Source: Octopus sinensis
Lineage: Eukaryota
Length of the DNA stretch: 64,000 nucleotides
Assembly (NCBI RefSeq): GCF_006345805.1
Contig: NW_021833270.1
Span: 1 to 64,000 of the forward strand
Direction of reading: 5' to 3'
Shown one piece after another: positions 1-12,134 of this stretch (position 1 is its first letter; every line of letters starts with the position of its first letter). Position numbers and translations under genes: made by a program. The notes under the pieces are model-generated. The model was not told the origin of the DNA. It worked only from the letters and a program-made list of their open reading frames with translations, and did not search any database.

Positions 1-11
1 GCAAACGAAAT

Positions 12-232
12 ACCTATTTCTTTACTGCCCACAAGGGGCTACACACGGAGGGGACAAACGGATTAAGTCGATTATATCGACCCCAATGCGTAACTGGTAC
101 TTATTTAAACGACCCCGAAAGGATGAAAGGCAAAGTCGACCTCGGTGGAATTTGAACTCAGAACATAGCGCCAGACGAAATACCTCTAAGCATTTCGCCC
201 GGCGTGCTAACGTTTCTGCCAGTTCGCCGCCT
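12..232 (-). mobile_element. SINE family B (tRNA-like head, ~220 bp)
   Basis: Reverse complement of the repeat at 10692-10915 and 40211-40425 (ggcgaactggcagaaacgttagcacgccgggcg...gagttcaaattcc B-box-like motif...gtaaagaaata). Confidence 0.8.
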
Positions 233-506
233 TCGTTTCAATACATTACAGTATTTATTTTCAATTTGCTGTCTCAAATATTGCTTTATCCCCGAACCTG
301 ACGGTTTTCTTTTTCTCTTTTTTTCTGGGGTTTTTTAATATCTCTCTCCTTAGCCAAACAATTTAAATAAAATGAGGTAATTTCCGCTCTTAATCTTTCT
401 TTCGTATTTTGAATGTGTTTTATGCATTAAATTTTTCCCCGAAGATTCAACTCATATAATCCAATGGGAAATCCTATATAACCTAATTAACCTGGAAAAT
501 ATTATA

Positions 507-549
<43 letters not shown>

Positions 550-949
550 ATATTATATAATATAATATACAAGTATGTATGCATGCATATGTATGTTTCG
601 TGTGTATACATTGCATACATACATATTCGTAATATATGCGTTTGTATGTGTGTTATGCATTTAGACATATGTATATTATTTATGTGTGTGTGTGTGCGTA
701 TGCCTATGTGTGTGTGTATGCGTGTATATTATACAAATATATATCTATAATATACGTATATATACTATGTATAGACAATATATATACGCACATACACACA
801 GATGAATACACACACATACACACAGAAATACACACACACACACACACATATAATGACATTTACCTTCACATTTTTCCACCAACTTAAAGACACCCTGACA
901 ATGACAACGTAAAACTAGAAAGAACCAAAGTACGTAAGGCGTATGTATG

Positions 950-970
950 TATGTATGTATAGATAGATAA

Positions 971-1042
<72 letters not shown>

Positions 1043-1057
1043 ATAGATAGTTAGAAA

Positions 1058-1101
<44 letters not shown>

Positions 1102-1116
1102 ATAGATAGTTAGAAA

Positions 1117-1149
<33 letters not shown>

Positions 1150-1161
1150 AAATATATATAT

Positions 1162-1225
<64 letters not shown>

Positions 1226-1247
1226 ATAGATAGTTAGAAAATAGATA
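950..1247. repeat. (GATA)n microsatellite with a higher-order variant unit (agataaatagatagttagaaaat x3)
   Basis: Read directly; abuts the 3' end of the Tx1-like LINE. Confidence 0.95.
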
Positions 1248-1621
1248 TGTTTCTTTATTAGCCACACAGGGCTGCACACAGATAGAACAAATTACAAGGT
1301 AGAGCTTTTCTTTGAAGATTTAAAAAAAAAAAAAAAAAGGAAGGGGGGAGTTTCGATCAAAAGGGATCGTAAAAGGAGAGAAAGAGGACAAAAAAATGGG
1401 GGGTTAAAAAAAAGGGGGGGAGAGGAAAAAAAAAATGATCAATAGGGATCGTTATCACAGAAATGTCAATATGAAGTGTAAAGGGGGGAGGACAGGTGAG
1501 GTTTACCCGTGGAAAGAAAAGCTACGGAAAGACCACGGTAACCTCGGTCAATGGAGTACATGTTATATTCTTTTTTTTTTTTTTTTGCGAATAAGCAACT
1601 CTCTGTTTTCAATTTCTGGGT

Positions 1622-4600
1622 TCATAGGATCATGCTCAAGGTGGCTTCGTCATTCATACGTGCCATTCTTGCTACATTCACCCATCTTTTTTAAAACATT
1701 CGCTAGACAAAACTTGCCTCTCTACTCTCACTTTCCTTTTCAAGTGGTACTTGAAGAAGTTGATGAGAGATGACCAGAGAGGAAAGTGTTTGTCTCCAAT
1801 CCTTTCAGACGCGTCCACCAGATAAATTCTTTCGCCATAGCCACAAGGATGATGAAAATAGCTCTTCCTTCCCGTTTGAAGGAAGGAGGCGTGACAATAT
1901 TGACGATAGACTCAGCTGATAAACCGACTCGTCCCACACGTGACAGCAGTTGTTCGACATAAGCCCACAGGTCGGAAATTGTTGGACACTGCACGAGTGC
2001 GTGCAGAACGGTTTCGTCGCTCTGACCGCATCTCGGGCAGGTCGGCCCCGTGTTTCTCGAGCCGTGTCTGTAGAGCTTATCCCGAACGGGTAGCGCTTCT
2101 CGGTAGCACTGCCAGGCCAGGGATCTCTGGAAGTTGTCCATGGGCCCGGCCCGAAGTCGTCCTGAACAGGCGGGTCAGGTACTCCTCGTCGACGTCCAGG
2201 TTCGCCCCGAGCTCGTCGTCGTACCTCCCCTCCACTAAACCCTATAGAATGCTTTGGTTGTGTTGAAGTCACTCAAGGTCGACCCAGGACGGCAGAGTTG
2301 CTTGAGAGCAACGCGACACTCGCGTTGCCATTCGCTCTTCCTCGGCCTCTTTTTGATCCACGACTGCAGTTTGGTCATGGAGACGGCTGCGGGAAAGCGT
2401 GCCTCACAAACGGCGACCACACTGTTCACCGTCGTCTACATAGAGCCAGAGATGTCGCAGTCTCAACGCGTGTCTGCGCATCATCAACCACGGCATGCCC
2501 AGCCCTCCTTTTAGCGGGTGTTGACAGCAAATGGATCGCCTGACAATCGGGACGCATCCTTTCCACACAGAAGCGAAAGAGAATGCGTTGTAGTTTGGTG
2601 ATGGTAGGGTCGGGACAAGGTACGACGGTCAGGCGGTAGTAGATGACGGACGCGATGTACGTGTTCGCCACCTCCGCCCGACTTTTTAGGGACAGTTTCC
2701 TCTCGGCCCATTGCTGGGCGAGAGTGACCACCCTACTCGTTATCTCGTTCCAGTTCTTCTCCACTGGAGGTCCGGACCAAACCAGACCCCGAGCAACTCA
2801 ACGGGCCGTCGGTCCAGCATCCCACGACGGAGGCGCTGGTGGACGGCATGGGCTTGCTTCTCCAGGTGCCTAGTCGCAAGCCCACTGACTTTTCCCGGTT
2901 GATTTTCGCTCCTGTCACCGCTTCGTAGTATTTCAGTGTCTCGCCGACCTGCTCGATGTGCTCGTGGCTAGACACTATGACGGTGACGTCGTCCGCGTAT
3001 GCAGACACGCTCGTCCCGCATCCCAGTTCTCGCGGGATGCCTTTCAAGGTTGCCAGCCTCCGCAATAATGGCTCGAGAGTCAATACGTATAGAAGCGACG
3101 AGAGGGGGACCCTGACGGACCGACCGAACGTGCGATGTCGAAGGGTCTCGATAGATGTCCATTCACGCGAATTACCGAACGGATGCCTCTGTACAAAGCG
3201 GCTATCCAGCCGCGGAAGACGGGACCGAAGCCAGCCGCTCCGAGGACCGCCTCTAAGTATCGATGGTCCACCCTATCGAAAGCTTTCGATTGATCCAAAT
3301 TGATCAGCGCCCCACCCATGCCAGGTTCGTTAACTACCCTGTCTATGATGTAGCGCATCAGGTAGAGGTTGTCATGGATGGTCCGGCCTGGCACGGCGCA
3401 TGTTTGAGCCTTGTCGACCAGTTTCTCGATGACAAGCGCCAACCTCTTGGCTAGCACCTTGGCCAAAATTTTCAAGTCTGCATAAGCAGAGTGATGGGCC
3501 TAAAGTTATCTATTACATTTCCCTTGTTTAGATCTTCTTCAGCAGTGTTACGGCTCCTCGGCTCACAAAACCAGGAATGCTCCCGTTTTGCTGCCAGTTG
3601 CAGTACACCGCCGCCAAGAGATCTCCAAACAAGTCTGGCATACAATTGTAAAGCTCGTAGGGTAGACCATCCAAACCCTGTGATTTGTCCCTCGAGCATT
3701 CTGCCATCGCTTCCTGCACTTCCTCCGCCGTGATGGCACCTTCGCAGCACCCTGCCTTTCTTGTCGAGAGTCGTGGTAGGCTATGTAGGTAGGCACTGAA
3801 GTCCACCCTACGTTCTTGCCCTCCACTCGTTCCGAACAGTCGGGCAAAATGCTGCTGAAAGGCCTCACACATTTTACTTGGCTCGAGCAATTCGCGCCCC
3901 TGTTCATCTACCAGTGACCGAATGGTGGCTTTGTTGCCCTGTTGCGCCTCTGCCACCCGGGCCTCTCTCGCGGCTCCAACACCTTCGTTCCTTAGAGCAC
4001 GCATCCTGCTCTGACAGCACATCCTTCGTGTTTGGCGTTGAAGTGTTGGTCGAGGGCCAACCTCGCCGCCAAAACGTCGGATGCGATGCCGCTTCTAATT
4101 GCCTCTTCTAGCTTCTTAACTAGCTTACCCTCTACTCTATTTCTATCTATGGCTAGTGCTTTGCTGTACCTAATCGCTTCTGCTTTTACTGCTCTCTTGA
4201 GGGCAAACCACCATTTGTTGTTGATGATGGCTCCGTCAAAGCCCTCTTTACTAGTGTGCTAATCCGGTCTCTGAAAACCTGTCTCGATGGGAAAGACGCG
4301 TTTAGTTTCCAGTATCCGGGACCCTGCCTAAGTGTCTTACCTAAGTCTAGCGTACATGTCACAAGTTTGTGATCCGTGTAGCTGACTATGTGGAATTGTG
4401 GACATCCTATGCTATCTCTGTCTACTGTCCTACACAGTATCCTATCTAGATACGATCTCGACGACCCGATGCGGTTGTTCCATGTCCACGTTGGCGCATT
4501 CGGTGGTCTAGTCGGAACCTGTCAGACAGTTGAAAGCGTCTGAGCAGGTCTCTGAGGCATTTGCATCCCCGTCTATTCCTATCTCTACCCACGTAGTCTA

Positions 4601-5048
4601 CATGCGTGTCCAAGGTAGCATTCCAATCCCCCACTAAGAGTAAAGGACGAGACGTTCCCAAGAATACTTCTAGACGTTGAAAGAAATCCGCCGACCTGTT
4701 AAGGGCGGTGCGTAGACTGATACGAGTCGAAAAGCGCACACCATTGCTGCCGTCGACATCCAGGACGACCAGTCTACTACCTCCGGGTCTACGAATATTG
4801 TCCTTACTTGAGATCCAGACTCTTGTGAAAAAGTACCGCGGTGCCACTACCGCCATTCTCGGCAGACAGGGGGGAAAATAGATGTTGAACTGTTCGCCAA
4901 ACATGGTCTTTAGGGCCCGCGGATTGTGGAGTCTGGTCTCACTTATGGCTATGATTTCTAACTTATGTGACTTTATGTCATTTAAAAGGTACCCTTGTTT
5001 CCAAGGGGACCCCAAGCCACGCGCATTTACACAACCAATCTTGATCAT
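1622..5048 (-). pseudogene. ORF2 of the Tx1-like LINE (AP endonuclease + reverse transcriptase + zinc finger), frameshifted
   Basis: Consecutive minus-strand ORF pieces: MIKIGCVNARGL..ISETRL (APE), LLLVGDWNATLD, DKSQGLDGLPYELY, NFRPITLL, LDQSKAFDRVDH, SAYADDVT, CPRCGQSDETVLHALVQC. Stop inferred at 1622-1624 by comparison with the copy at 19.1 kb. Confidence 0.92.
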
Positions 5049-5290
5049 AGTCCTAATGAATTAGAATACAAGTGAAAGAACAGAGGGTTACTTATGCTCG
5101 AAAGTTTTTGCTTCTCTCTCCTTTGGTTTGTCCTCGAGAGATCCCAGTACAGTTTCTTTGTGAGATATTTTTGGCATTACCAACCGCGCTGGGGAAAATG
5201 CCTTTGAGTGTGTGGTGCAGACTTTTGGAGATGTGTAATATTTTGATGTGGTCTGGTGGTGTTGTGTATGGGTGATTGTTTGTTTTTATG

Positions 5291-7087
5291 TCATCTTCTG
5301 TTATGTTGTTTTGATTGGATGTATTCCATCAAATTTGTGTTTTTGGTGGTGTCTATATGTGAGCATGTTTGCTGTATATTTTTGTGGTGTTGGTGTGGCT
5401 GTTGTTTGCGTTGGGTTTTGAAATGTCTTCGTGAGATGTATTTCCCCCTGCTTTGTTCGTGTTTGCATTTGGTTTGGTTGTGTTTCTGCTCTTTATTTTC
5501 CTTCTTTTTGTAGCTATTTGCCATTCCTCACTGGTTCGTCTTCCGACGAAATTTCTGAGGAATCAGTAGGGGGTAGGGGTATGTTGTGGGCTTCTATGTA
5601 TGTCTGTGTAAGTGGTTGTGTTGTTGTTTTCGTTGTTGTTGGTTGTTGAGTGTTTGTGTGTGTGAGTGCGGTATAAGGGATGGGGGATCAGTTTGTGTGT
5701 GTTTTCTTTGTTTTTCTGTTCCTTTGGATTTTGCTGTTGTTGGTGGTGTTGGTTTTTTTCAGGTGTTGAGTGGTTTTTGGTTGATGACGGATTAGCTTGG
5801 TGTGTGCTTCTCTTGTCGTCTTCTGTGTGATGATGGTGGTGTGGGTAGTAGAGCTTTTTTTCCGGAGTGCTTTGGTTGTGGTAGTGGTTGTTGTTGCTCT
5901 TGGTGTGCAGTGGTTGGGCACGTCTTTTTCAAGTGTGTTTCGCTTCCACACAAATAGCAGCGTGGTCGCCTGCCCTCTACCACTATATAGAGTTTGTAGC
6001 CTCCTGGCAGTTCTATAGCGGTGGGTATCTCTCTCTTGCTGCTTCATCCAATTGAAGCAGGAATTCGATTGATTTGCCCACATAGTCTTCTCTCCTAGAA
6101 CCGCGATTTCAAGGATGTTTGTCTCTGACATTGTCTCTGTCATTTCAAAGCAGATGGCAGAGACCAACCATTGTGTTTCGACTTCAAGTGGTATGTTTTT
6201 TATTTGGACTTTCGTGACCCTTTTGTTTAAATAGACTGGTATCATTACCAAGTCGTCCGAATGCAGCTCCAATGTGGAAAAAAGTTTTGCTAAACTTTCG
6301 TTGAGGAAAAGTACTTGGACTGTACAAATTTGTTTCCCCAACTGATATATTCCTTGGAGTCCCATGCAGGACGAAGGCACTTTTCGATTTTTTCCTGCGG
6401 TGCATTTTCTGTTCTTCTTGTTTTCTTGTTTATTACTTTATAAATTATTGTTTTTTTTTGTGTGTTTTCCACGATGTTGTGGAATGTGAAGGTGCAATTT
6501 GTCTCCTTTTTGGAGAAGAGTGCCTTTGTGCGGTTTATCTCTTGTGTGGTGAATGTTACAATTGTTCTTTTTTGTTTTGTTACGTCCGCAAAATTCGTTT
6601 TGAATTTGGCAGTAGAAGTGTTAATTGTGGCAGTGTTAATTGAAGTCATGGTAGTGGGTTGGTGTTGGCGGTATTATTAGCAGCAGAAGGCTTGGATGTA
6701 GCATTTGACGTCGTAGTAGTGGTGTGGTGTTGGCGGTGTTGTCTTTGTTAGGCGGCTTTGTGCCAATTCGTTGTTGTTGTTGTTGGTGGTGATGGTGGTG
6801 ATGCTGGCATTCATGTTTTCGTTTGTATTCATTTTTGAAATCCCTTTCTCCGTCCCTTTATCATCAACAAGTGGTGTGGGGAGTGAGGGGAAATCTAAGT
6901 TAATGTCTTTGGTCGCGGCGATGGTGAATGCGACGTTAGTTTTGTTGTTGTTGGTGGTGGTGGTGGTGATGGTGGTGACAGCGGTGTTCACGCTGCGATG
7001 TTTAGCAGCTAGTGGTAGCAATAGTGTTTTGCTACCGTTCTGCATGACTGGCGGGCTAGCCACGTGGTTTCTAGTTGCCATTTTCAA
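5291..7087 (-). pseudogene. ORF1 of the Tx1-like LINE (nucleic-acid-binding, single CCHC knuckle), frameshifted
   Basis: Minus-strand ORF pieces 7087-6677, 6649-6290, 6380-5688 (VTKVQIKNIPLEVETQWL), 5983-5792 (CYLCGSETHLKKTC) and a T/K/Q-rich tail, located upstream of ORF2. Confidence 0.8.
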
Positions 7088-7305
7088 AATGAAAAATGGC
7101 TAAAAAACCCACGAAAGTTTTGAAAGTTTTTTGTAATTCCGCTCATACAGGGGCGGATTTCTACGTGAATAATTCTCAGGTTTTTTAGTGAATGAACTTG
7201 CACAACGATTAAAACAAAATATTTGACAACAAGGTGTTTTAAACATGTAAAAGTGGCCAACTTACGTGGAGCCGATATGACTAGCGTCCGTCCATTGTGA
7301 GCGAG

Positions 7306-7318
7306 AGATAGATAGATC

Positions 7319-7411
<93 letters not shown>

Positions 7412-7412
7412 G

Positions 7413-7447
<35 letters not shown>

Positions 7448-7455
7448 CAGACAGA
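7306..7455. repeat. (GATA)n microsatellite at the 5' flank of the LINE
   Basis: Read directly. Confidence 0.95.
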
Positions 7456-7459
7456 CACA

Positions 7460-8717
7460 TACAGTAGCAGTAGAGCAACGAAACTTGGCACAGTTATTAG
7501 TCTTTTTTTACATAGGAACCACCCAGAGTTACGCATTTCTCCCATCGTTTGATGCAGCTCTGGAGACCGTTTTTGTAGAAGACCCCAACTTGGTCCTCCA
7601 ACCACGACGTGACTTCAGAAATCAAGGCTGCATTATCTGGGAAAGGCTTTCCTTTCAAAAACAACTTCATGGCTGGGAAGAGGTGAAAATCCGAGGGTGC
7701 AAGGTCAAGAGAGTAGGGAGATGGGGGAGGAGTTCATAGCCGCACGCTTGTGCTTCTGATCTGGCGACACGCGAGTTGTGGACCGGAGCGTTGTCCTGCA
7801 GGAAGAGGATTCCTTTGCTGATCTTGCCCCGCCTCTTGATTTTGATAGTTTCTCTTAATTTCCTCAAAAGTGAAGCGTAATAGGCTCCTGTAATTGTGGT
7901 ACCCTTTTCCAGGAAATCTGTCATCACTACTCCGTCCTGGTCCCAGAAGACTGTGAGCATGACCTTGCCAGCGGAGGGCTGCACCCTTGCCTTCTTTGGA
8001 GAAGGTGAGTCACGGTGCTTCTACTGCATTGACTGGGCTCTTGTCTCTGGATCATAGTGATGGACCCACGTTTCATCCTGTGTAATCAATCTTTTGAAAA
8101 ATTTTGACTCATCTTCTTAGCACATCTCCAAATTCATCCTCGAGCACTCGACGCGCTCTTGCTTCTGGAAAGGTGTGAACAACCTGGGAATCCATCTGGC
8201 AGACACCTTTTGCATATGCAAATGGACATGAATGATTGGTTTCCACAGACCCGGTACTAATCTTGACCTCATGGGCTATTTGGCGAATAGTTATCCGTCG
8301 ATCTTCCAAAATAGCAACCTCAACTTGATGGACAGATGCCTCATCAGTGGCAGTAGGGGGCGACCAGATCTGGGAGCTTTTTCCACAGAGATCCGACCAT
8401 GTTTGAATTCACGATGCTAACATTTTACAAGGTCATATAATGGGGCATCATCACCATAAGTTACTTTCATTTCATCAAAAGTCTCCCGTGGTGTGCGTCC
8501 TTTCAAATATAAAAAGCGGATCACTGCCCGACACTCAACAGGCTCCATTTCACACTTGACTCAGTTCAAACACCTGTTAATCAGAAACCACAATTAATTC
8601 AGAGCTGTAATTTGCCACTTAATCTATAGAGATAGAAATAATTACACATGCTAAATTTCAGCTAGATCAAACAATTGCAAGTGCGTCAGAGGCATTACTT
8701 ATTGAACGCCCCTCGTA
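7460..8717 (-). mobile_element. Mariner (DD34D-type) transposon relic; transposase pseudogene 8548-7497
   Basis: MEPVECRAVIRFLYLKG start, QPSAGKVMLTVFWD, LQDNAPVH, end IKRWEKCVTLGGSYVKKD*. One TIR (tacgaggggcgttcaataagtaatgcc) at 8717-8691; the other TIR is not seen. Contains stops and frameshifts. Confidence 0.9.
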
Positions 8718-8990
8718 CATTCATACATATATATATATACATACATGCATACATACCTATTTACATACATGCATACATACATACATAAATATATACATAC
8801 ATACGTTTGTATGTATGTATGCTTGTGCGTTTGTATGTAATTCTTATAGATAGATAAATATATACATACATACATACATATATACATACATATAAACATA
8901 TATATATACATACATACATACATACATGCATACATACATACATACATACATACATACCATACATAATACATACATACATACATGTATGAC
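8718..8990. repeat. (TACA)n-type microsatellite
   Basis: Read directly. Confidence 0.9.
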
Positions 8991-9244
8991 AGGTCATACA
9001 TTGCATCTGGTATTGGGAGCCCTGATACGAGAATTCTATGGTTTTGTGAGCGTGAAGTCATCTCTAAAATACTATCGTTCCCAGGCTTACTCTGACCCCG
9101 TGTAGAGCATCTTCACTCCCAGTGGATTATATGCTAGTTACTAGCATGTGAATCACTGGAAGTGATGGACCTTTAATTGTCGTGAAAACTTCTGTTGGTT
9201 TCTAGTCGTCTCAATTTGTATTGTATCACTGGTTTTATAGTTGA

Positions 9245-9609
9245 CTAGCACTATGACCCGGCGACGCCGGATCATAGTGCTAGTGCATGCATATACAGCT
9301 GCGTGCGTGCGCACATTCACGCGAGTACTGTCCAAATCTCCGACCAGTCACATACAGCCAGCTGGCATTCAATTGGCGTATCAAGTTTCGGGCATTTTGA
9401 TTGGGTCTTGGATAGAAAATTCACAAAAAAGTCACTTCTATTGATTTTTTTAATGGCTTTGCGGTGTGACTGGGGAAATGTAAAGATGTGCACGGCCACC
9501 TTTGGATGGTTTTCAATGACCATAGAAAGTTCGAGCCCTCTAACTGAAAAATTGCGGATTTGTATAAAGGACACACGCGCAGACATTTTGCCGTTCATAT
9601 ATAGAGAGA
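9245..9609 (-). mobile_element. Non-autonomous Helitron-like element (family H1)
   Basis: Minus strand starts TCTCTCTATATATG and ends with a GC hairpin (ccggcgtcgccgg) then CTAG, between host A and T. Second copy at 61423-61747. Confidence 0.72.
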
Positions 9610-9771
9610 TTACTTTGAAAAGTGGGTTCAGTGCTGTGCAACAATTTATTCACTGAAAACCAATTCAGTTACAGGAACTGCTTGGACTTTTGGAACGTTT
9701 TCACGGACTTACAGAAATTAGAAAATGACCTTACCCAGTCATGAGTTTTCTACCATATATGTACACATGTG

Positions 9772-9807
<36 letters not shown>

Positions 9808-9855
9808 TGTATGTATGTATGAATGTATGTATGTATGTATGTATGTATGTATGTA

Positions 9856-10010
9856 TTACAGCCGGCTATTACCGGTAAAGGTTTTCGTTGCCAATTTTGT
9901 ACAGGACATTGTAGATCTTTAACTGGGCTAAAAAGTCACATTCGATCGCAGCACCAGTAACAGTTAAGCTTCGTGCAATAGCCATACTCGATAACGAGGA
10001 GGCAGCCATC
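9856..10010 (+). mobile_element. Short 3' end of an RTE-type LINE within (TATG)n
   Basis: With one frameshift it reads GFRCQFCTGHCRS..GLKSHIRSQH (C2H2-like C-terminus); ends gataacgaggaggcagccatc directly before (TATG)n. Confidence 0.5.
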
Positions 10011-10691
10011 ATGTATGTATGTATGTATGTATGTATGTATGTATGTATGTATGTATGTATGTATGTATGTATGTATGTATGTATGTATGTATGTATGTAT
10101 CAGCCTCGATTCATTTTCGCATCCCTATCCATCTAGTCACCATAATTTGTGTAGCAGCTTTGGTGGAATACTGGATGTTATCAATGAGATCTACGTTAAT
10201 CCCGCTTCTGAAGAACAGAATCATAAGTAACACTGAAGGAACACTTCAATGATTTTTTTTATGAAACAGAACTTGACGTCCAAAATCTTCGTCCGGTAAC
10301 AAATTGTCTGAAGCTGGGATGATCGGTTCTTAAGGAGACTGATGACTTTGGAAAGAGAACTAGCCATCAAGGAGATGAGAAAAAATCCTACCTTTGACTC
10401 CAGTTGTCCCAAACTTTCCTCAAATCACTATCAGATACACCAAGTTGGGAAATGTATATGCATTAAGACTGCGGTTATTCAGATGTCAGAAAATGCAAGG
10501 CAGTGCAAAGCAGACAAGGAGTAGGAGCTACGAAGACGCGCATTATTTGCCAAGAAAGACTATCCGAATTTCTATCAAGTTTGTATTTGTAAACATATTG
10601 CGACAAAGTAATCATGGAGTGGGTACGAGTTGGTCAAAGCAGACCCGGAATTAAACAAGTAAATAGTTGTGTTTAATATTTAATTTTGTTA

Positions 10692-11212
10692 ACTGGCAGA
10701 ATCGTTCAGCACGCCGGGCGAGATGCTTAGCGGTATTTCGTCTGCCGTTACGTTCTGAGTTCAAATTCCGCCGAGGCCGACTTTGCCTTTCATCCTTTCA
10801 GAGTCGATAAATAAAGTGCCAGTTTCGCATTGGGGTCGATATAATCGACTTAATACCTATATCTGTCCTTGTTTGTCCCCTCTATGTTTAGCCCCTTGTG
10901 GGCAGTAAAGAAATACCGAGGTCGACTTTGCCTTTCATCCTTTCGGGGTCGATAAATTAAGTACCAGTTACGCACTGGGGTCGATATAATCGACTTAATC
11001 CGTCTGTTTGTCCTTGTTTGTCTCCTCTTTGTTTAGCCCCATGTGGGTAGTAAAGAAATAAGTATTTTATCCGTTTTCACATTCTGAGTTCAAATTCCGC
11101 TGAGGTTGACTTTGTCTTTCCTACTTTCCGGAGTCGATAAAATAAGTACGGTTGATGTAATCGACTTACCCACTAAACTGAAATTTCTGGCCTTATGCCA
11201 AAATTTGAAATC
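10692..11212 (+). mobile_element. Cluster of SINE family B: full copy 10692-10915, headless tandem copy 10916-11060, diverged copy 11070-11212
   Basis: Repeated gtcgactttgcctttcatcctttcggggtcgataaa core; the first two copies end gtaaagaaata. Confidence 0.8.
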
Positions 11213-11780
11213 AGTATCTAATTTTTATGAATAATTAATGCATCGTCCAAATAAATGTTTACGACTTTGTAACACTACAATGACATGATGTGTTGTTGTT
11301 TTTTTCTTTTTACATCTGAAGGGTTGACACAAAAACGATGCACATAAATATCTTAGATATGTGTTTGATTATGTAAGAGGTGATTGTATGTATGTTAGTT
11401 GTTATATCATTGAATCAAAAATGATTGGACGCCTGTATTAGGGAAGAAACGGGGTTTATTCACCTCAGTTAACATCATTTCTGCCTCGACATCAACTTCA
11501 TATTAGTTAACAATCAAACATGCTCACTCCTGATAACTAAGTAACCCACAATCTAAACTATATTGATAACTGCACAAATACAATGACGTACATACACATA
11601 CATAAACACATACACGCGAGTGCTCCTGCATAAAATCAAATAAACATACATATACATACACACATACATATACATACGTACATACATGCGCACACAAATA
11701 CATATATACATATACACATGCATGCAAACAAACATATACACACATGCATACATACGTACAAACATACATATATATATATA

Positions 11781-11996
11781 TTTCTTTACTACCCACAAGG
11801 GGCTAAACACAGAGGGGACAAACGGATTGAGTCGATTACATCGACCCCAGTGCGTAACTGGTACTAAAGTTATCGACCCCGAAAGGATGAAAGGCAAAGT
11901 CGACCTCGGCGGAATTTGAACTCAGAACATAACGACAGACGAAATACGGCTACGCATTTCGCCCGGCGTGCTAACGACTCTGCCAGCTCGCCGCCT
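11781..11996 (-). mobile_element. SINE family B
   Basis: High similarity to 12-232. Confidence 0.85.
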
Positions 11997-12134
11997 TATA
12001 TATACGTATATATACACATGCATACACATGCATATGCACATCCATCCATGCATCCATCCATCCATCCACACATCCATCCATGCATCCATCCATCCATCCA
12101 CACATCCATCCATACATCCATCCATACATACATA

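Larger units (their letters stand above)
1248..7305 (-). mobile_element. Full-length L1-clade (Tx1-like) non-LTR retrotransposon, ~6.05 kb, inserted in (GATA)n
   Basis: On the minus strand: 5'UTR, ORF1 with CCHC knuckle, ORF2 with APE, RT and C-terminal CCHC, and AATAAA at 1259-1254 about 6 nt from the end. GATA repeats on both flanks. Confidence 0.93.

Noticed and set aside
1805-3907. Overlapping antisense or alternative-frame ORFs across LINE ORF2
   Set aside because: Expected by-products of a GC-rich coding region; no recognisable motifs.
10240-10660. Possible transposase relic
   Set aside because: No motif could be assigned in any frame.
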